IMG/VR virus record: IMGVR_UViG_3300020264_000020
Coordinates: 1 to 38,133 of that record
Strand: one strand, 5' to 3'
DNA: 38,133 nt
Source of the DNA: a virus
Taxonomy: Duplodnaviria > Caudoviricetes
In this document: piece after piece, positions 34,577 to 38,133 of the stretch
Layout: each line of letters opens with the position of its first letter
Numbering within the stretch: position 1 is the first letter of the stretch
Translations under genes and position numbers: made by a program
Notes under the pieces: generated by a model
The model's input: only the letters and a program-made list of their open reading frames with translations
Told to the model about the DNA's origin: nothing
Databases searched by the model: none

Positions 34577-35022
34577 TGGCATTTGGTCTTGGTAAACTTC
34601 AGGTATTAGAATCCAAACTTGACATTTATGAAGACCTCTCGAAAGAGATGCTTGATAAGTTGGAGCGTGCTGTCACAACTATCTCTGACAATAGTAATAA
34701 GATTGCCATCGTCCTTGAGCGTCACGAAGGACGCCTGGATGAAGGTGAGCGGACTAACATGACCATCATGAAGATGATCGAAGATCATCAGAAGTATGAT
34801 GATCGTATGTTTGAGAATATCGCTGGCAAGATGAAAGATCTTGAGAAGAAAGTAGAGAGAAATAATAGATTCGTCATTGGTGCTAGTGCTGTCTTGGCAA
34901 CCATTGTGACGATAGCAACAGTGGCAGCACCTCTCTTGTCACGTCAACCCAATCGTGCTAGTATTCCTGCAGCGGAAAGTGTTGCATGGACTACGTTGAA
35001 GACAAATACATTCGCTTCCTAA
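34576..35022 (+). CDS. Coiled-coil protein with C-terminal TM segment
   Basis: Heptad-rich LESKLDIYEDLSKEMLDKLERAV and TM segment FVIGASAVLATIVTIATVAAPLL. Confidence 0.72.
   Translation: MAFGLGKLQVLESKLDIYEDLSKEMLDKLERAVTTISDNSNKIAIVLERHEGRLDEGERTNMTIMKMIEDHQKYDDRMFENIAGKMKDLEKKVERNNRFVIGASAVLATIVTIATVAAPLLSRQPNRASIPAAESVAWTTLKTNTFAS
34936..34964 (+). promoter_or_regulatory. sigma70-type promoter for g61-nrdA, embedded in the upstream CDS
   Basis: TTGTCA (34936-34941), 17 nt, TAGTAT (34959-34964) with extended TG, 21 nt before the g61 ATG. Confidence 0.55.
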
Positions 35023-35981
35023 GCACTCGCTTAGACAAGTTTAAGAATGTCAAGCACGGTCTTTACAACTTCCGCTGTCCGTATTGTGGTGACTCTGAGA
35101 AGCATCGTAATAAGGCACGGGGATACTTCTTTCTGAAGAAGTCAGAATTTATTTACAAGTGTCACAACTGTGGTGTCGGTAGGTCTCTTGGTAACTTCCT
35201 GAAGGACCATGCGACTGACCTGTACGATCAGTTTGTGCTGGAGAAGTATCGTAATGGTGCCACTGGTAAGGGTAGGCACACACCTAACCCTGAATACAAG
35301 TCAGCGAAACCTAAATTTGCTAAGAAGGTATCAGATCTGACACCTATCTCCGAGCTAAATAAAGGACACCCAGCGAGAGAATACTTGGAGGGAAGATGTA
35401 TCCCACAGGATACACTTAAGACTCTGTATTACACCGATAGGTTTAAGCGGTGGGTGAATTCTCAAAAACCAGGACAGTTTGAAAATCTTCAGAATGACAG
35501 ACCTAGAATTATTATCCCATTCATTGACAAGGACGGTAATTGGTTTGGCATCCAGGGTCGATCTCTGGCTCCAAAGTCGAATCTACGATACATCACGGTG
35601 ATGTTTGACGATCGCCTCAAACTCTACGGTCAAAACAAAGTCAACTCTGAGGAAACTGTTTATGTCACAGAAGGACCCTTCGACAGTCATTTCATTACCA
35701 ATGCTGTTGCTATGTGTGGGAGCGATGTTGACCACCGCACTCTTCCTTATCAGGATAGGGTCTGGGTATTCGACAACGAGCCCCGCAATCAACAAATCGT
35801 GTCACGGATTGACGCTGCCATCGGAAGCAAGGAAAAGGTGGTCATCTGGCCAAGAGAAATAAGACAAAAGGACCTCAATGATATGGTCCTCGCTGGACTA
35901 GATGTCCAGTCCATAGTAGAATCAAATACCTATCAAGGTATGGAAGCACAAGTAAAGTTTATTCAGTGGAAAAAGGTATGA
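34986..35981 (+). CDS. g61: gp61 DNA primase
   Basis: Zinc ribbon CPYCGDS...CHNC, RIIIPF, TOPRIM TEGPFDS, DNEPRN and KDLND. Confidence 0.96.
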   Translation: MDYVEDKYIRFLSTRLDKFKNVKHGLYNFRCPYCGDSEKHRNKARGYFFLKKSEFIYKCHNCGVGRSLGNFLKDHATDLYDQFVLEKYRNGATGKGRHTPNPEYKSAKPKFAKKVSDLTPISELNKGHPAREYLEGRCIPQDTLKTLYYTDRFKRWVNSQKPGQFENLQNDRPRIIIPFIDKDGNWFGIQGRSLAPKSNLRYITVMFDDRLKLYGQNKVNSEETVYVTEGPFDSHFITNAVAMCGSDVDHRTLPYQDRVWVFDNEPRNQQIVSRIDAAIGSKEKVVIWPREIRQKDLNDMVLAGLDVQSIVESNTYQGMEAQVKFIQWKKV

Positions 35982-38133
35982 GCGAGATCAGCGTTGTAAA
36001 GCGAAGTGGTGAGGTTGAGTCCCTCAACCTTGATAAGATCCATACGATGGTAGAGCACGCTTGTAAGGGTCTTGCAGGCGTCTCAGAGAGTCAAGTAGAG
36101 ATGAATGCTAACTTGCAATTCTTTGATGGTATTAAGACCGATGATATTCAAGAGATTCTGATCCGCTCAGCAAATGATTTGATCACTCTGGACAATCCCA
36201 ACTATCAATTTGTTGCAGCACGACTGCTGCTGTTTGGTGTCCGTAAGTCTGTGTATGGTGACCACCCAGACTATCGTCCTTACCTGATTGATCATGTCTA
36301 TGATTGTATCGAGAAGGGTGTGTACGATTCTTCCATCGTGAAGAAGTATACTGACGAAGAGTGGGCAGAGATTGATCGCATGATCGATAACGAGCGTGAC
36401 TTTCTCTTCACATATGCTGGTTTGAGGCAGGTCGTAGATAAATATTTGGTGCAGGATAGAAGCAGCGGTCGGGTATACGAGACACCGCAACAAATGTATA
36501 TCATGATTGCACTGACTCTCTTCCGTGACTATCCTAAAGAGACTCGTCTTTCTTACGTCAAGAGATACTATGACGCAATCAGCAAGCACAGGATCAACAT
36601 CCCCACACCAGTCATGGCGGGAGTGCGAACCCCTCTCCGTCAATTTGCGAGTTGTGTTCTCGTTGATGTTGATGACACCCTCGATAGTATCTTTAGCAGT
36701 GACATGGCTATTGGTTACTACGTTGCACAACGTGCAGGAATCGGTATCAACGCGGGTAGAATCCGTGGCATCAACGCTAAGATCAGAGGTGGAGAGGTAC
36801 AACACACAGGCGTGGTCCCCTTCCTTAAAAAGTTTGAATCAACTGTACGATGCTGCACACAAAACGGCATCCGAGGTGGTTCTGCTACAGTTCACTTTCC
36901 TATCTGGCACCAAGAAATAGAAGACATCATTGTCCTTAAGAATAACAAGGGCACTGAAGATAATCGCGTGAGGAAACTTGACTATTCCATCCAAATTTCA
37001 AAACTATTCTACGAGCGTTTCATCGGAAACAAGGAGATTTCACTCTTCTCTCCTCATGATGTGCCTGGGTTGTATGACGCTTTCGGCACTGATGACTTCG
37101 ATAGTATGTATTGTGCTTACGAATCAGATCCTGGGATCCCCCGCACCACAATCAGTGCTCAGGAACTCTTCCTCGACCTACTGAAGGAGCGAGCAGAGAC
37201 TGGTCGTCTCTACATTATGAATATCGACCACTGCAATTCACACTCGTCCTTCAAGGACAAGGTGAATATGTCTAACCTGTGTCAGGAGATCACTCTACCT
37301 ACCGATCCTATCCGTCACATCGATGATGCTGATGGTGAGATTGCATTGTGCATCCTGTCTGCTATCAACGTGGGTAAGATCAACAAACTGGATGAGATGG
37401 AAAACCTCGCAGACCTTGCAGTGCGTGGTCTTGAGGAGTTGATTGACTACCAGGACTACCCTGTGTCTGCAGCACGTCGTAGCACCCTTGCACGACGCTC
37501 TCTGGGCATTGGTTTCATCGGTCTGGCACACTACCTTGCTAAGGCAGGTGAGAAGTATGATGACCCTCGTGCCTATCGTCTGGTCCATGACCTGACTGAA
37601 GCATTCCAATACTATCTTCTGAAGGCATCTAATGAGGTTGCTAAGGAGAAGGGTGCTTGTGAGGCATTCCATCGCACCAAGTATTCTGACGGTATCCTGC
37701 CCATCGATACATATAAGAAAGAAGTAGATGAAATCTTTGGGGGAGATCCTGGGTTAAACTATGATTGGGAAGGTCTTAGAGCATCTATCTTGGAGCACGG
37801 ACTCCGACACAGCACACTGTCCGCACAAATGCCTTCGGAGAGCAGCTCCGTTGTGTCAAACGCAACCAATGGAATCGAGCCACCTCGCGACTACCTGTCC
37901 ATTAAAAAGAGTAAGAAGGGACCCCTTAAGCAGATTGTCCCGTCTTATACGTCGCTGAGGAATAACTACACCTTGCTGTGGGATATGCCTTCTAACGAAG
38001 GTTACATTAAGATTACTGCTATCATGCAGAAATTCTTTGACCAGGCGATCAGTGGTAACTGGTCTTACAACCCTGAGAATTATCCCAACAACGAAGTGCC
38101 TTCCTCTGTGATGGCAAAAGATCTTTTGACTAC
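35978..38133 (+). CDS. nrdA: Class I ribonucleotide reductase alpha subunit (3' truncated by window end)
   Basis: My translation from ATG 35978 gives MSEISVVKRSG (ATP cone), PTPVMAG, FASCVL, QNGIRGGS, SNLCQEI, CILSA and MPSESSS...NGIEP. It is absent from the ORF track because there is no stop in the window. Confidence 0.96.
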   Translation, partial: MSEISVVKRSGEVESLNLDKIHTMVEHACKGLAGVSESQVEMNANLQFFDGIKTDDIQEILIRSANDLITLDNPNYQFVAARLLLFGVRKSVYGDHPDYRPYLIDHVYDCIEKGVYDSSIVKKYTDEEWAEIDRMIDNERDFLFTYAGLRQVVDKYLVQDRSSGRVYETPQQMYIMIALTLFRDYPKETRLSYVKRYYDAISKHRINIPTPVMAGVRTPLRQFASCVLVDVDDTLDSIFSSDMAIGYYVAQRAGIGINAGRIRGINAKIRGGEVQHTGVVPFLKKFESTVRCCTQNGIRGGSATVHFPIWHQEIEDIIVLKNNKGTEDNRVRKLDYSIQISKLFYERFIGNKEISLFSPHDVPGLYDAFGTDDFDSMYCAYESDPGIPRTTISAQELFLDLLKERAETGRLYIMNIDHCNSHSSFKDKVNMSNLCQEITLPTDPIRHIDDADGEIALCILSAINVGKINKLDEMENLADLAVRGLEELIDYQDYPVSAARRSTLARRSLGIGFIGLAHYLAKAGEKYDDPRAYRLVHDLTEAFQYYLLKASNEVAKEKGACEAFHRTKYSDGILPIDTYKKEVDEIFGGDPGLNYDWEGLRASILEHGLRHSTLSAQMPSESSSVVSNATNGIEPPRDYLSIKKSKKGPLKQIVPSYTSLRNNYTLLWDMPSNEGYIKITAIMQKFFDQAISGNWSYNPENYPNNEVPSSVMAKDLLT

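Noticed and set aside
35982-38133. Apparent gene-poor region in the ORF track
   Set aside because: It is nrdA running off the window end. The small listed ORFs are off-frame or antisense, and I saw no intron or intein.
1-38133. Frequent GATC and apparent scarcity of CCGG/GGCC; also searched for tRNA, CRISPR, IS and homing endonucleases
   Set aside because: The k-mer bias is only an impression and needs an observed/expected count. No cloverleaf, repeat-spacer array, transposase or GIY-YIG/HNH ORF was seen.

Overview
The window is the replication, recombination and transcription core of a T4-like marine cyanophage (cyanomyovirus, Kyanoviridae-like). All gene calls come from motif recognition and T4-like synteny; no database search was run. 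The + strand order is uvsY (partial), uvsW, g55, g47, g46, HEXXH-peptidase/VWA, DenV-like glycosylase, cobS (MoxR AAA+), g45, g44, four tandem 2OG-Fe(II) oxygenases, dam, g62 and regA. Next come a convergent late cluster of membrane and secreted proteins (the only credible - strand genes), hsp20, g43, uvsX, an oxygenase, g41 and mazG. The window ends with nuclease-like, ligase-like and HIGH-nucleotidyltransferase genes, late head-associated genes, g61 and nrdA (partial). I found no tRNA, rRNA, CRISPR array, intron, intein or IS element. The best candidates for an undescribed system are: (1) the convergent late envelope/secretion module between regA and hsp20; (2) a ROSE-type RNA thermometer on phage hsp20; (3) the HxH-type oxygenase array plus Dam that splits the clamp-loader genes; (4) a nuclease/ligase/nucleotidyltransferase trio, one member carrying a capsid-targeting-like N-terminus; and (5) a palindromic divergent sigma70 promoter that predicts an antisense RNA upstream of g55.
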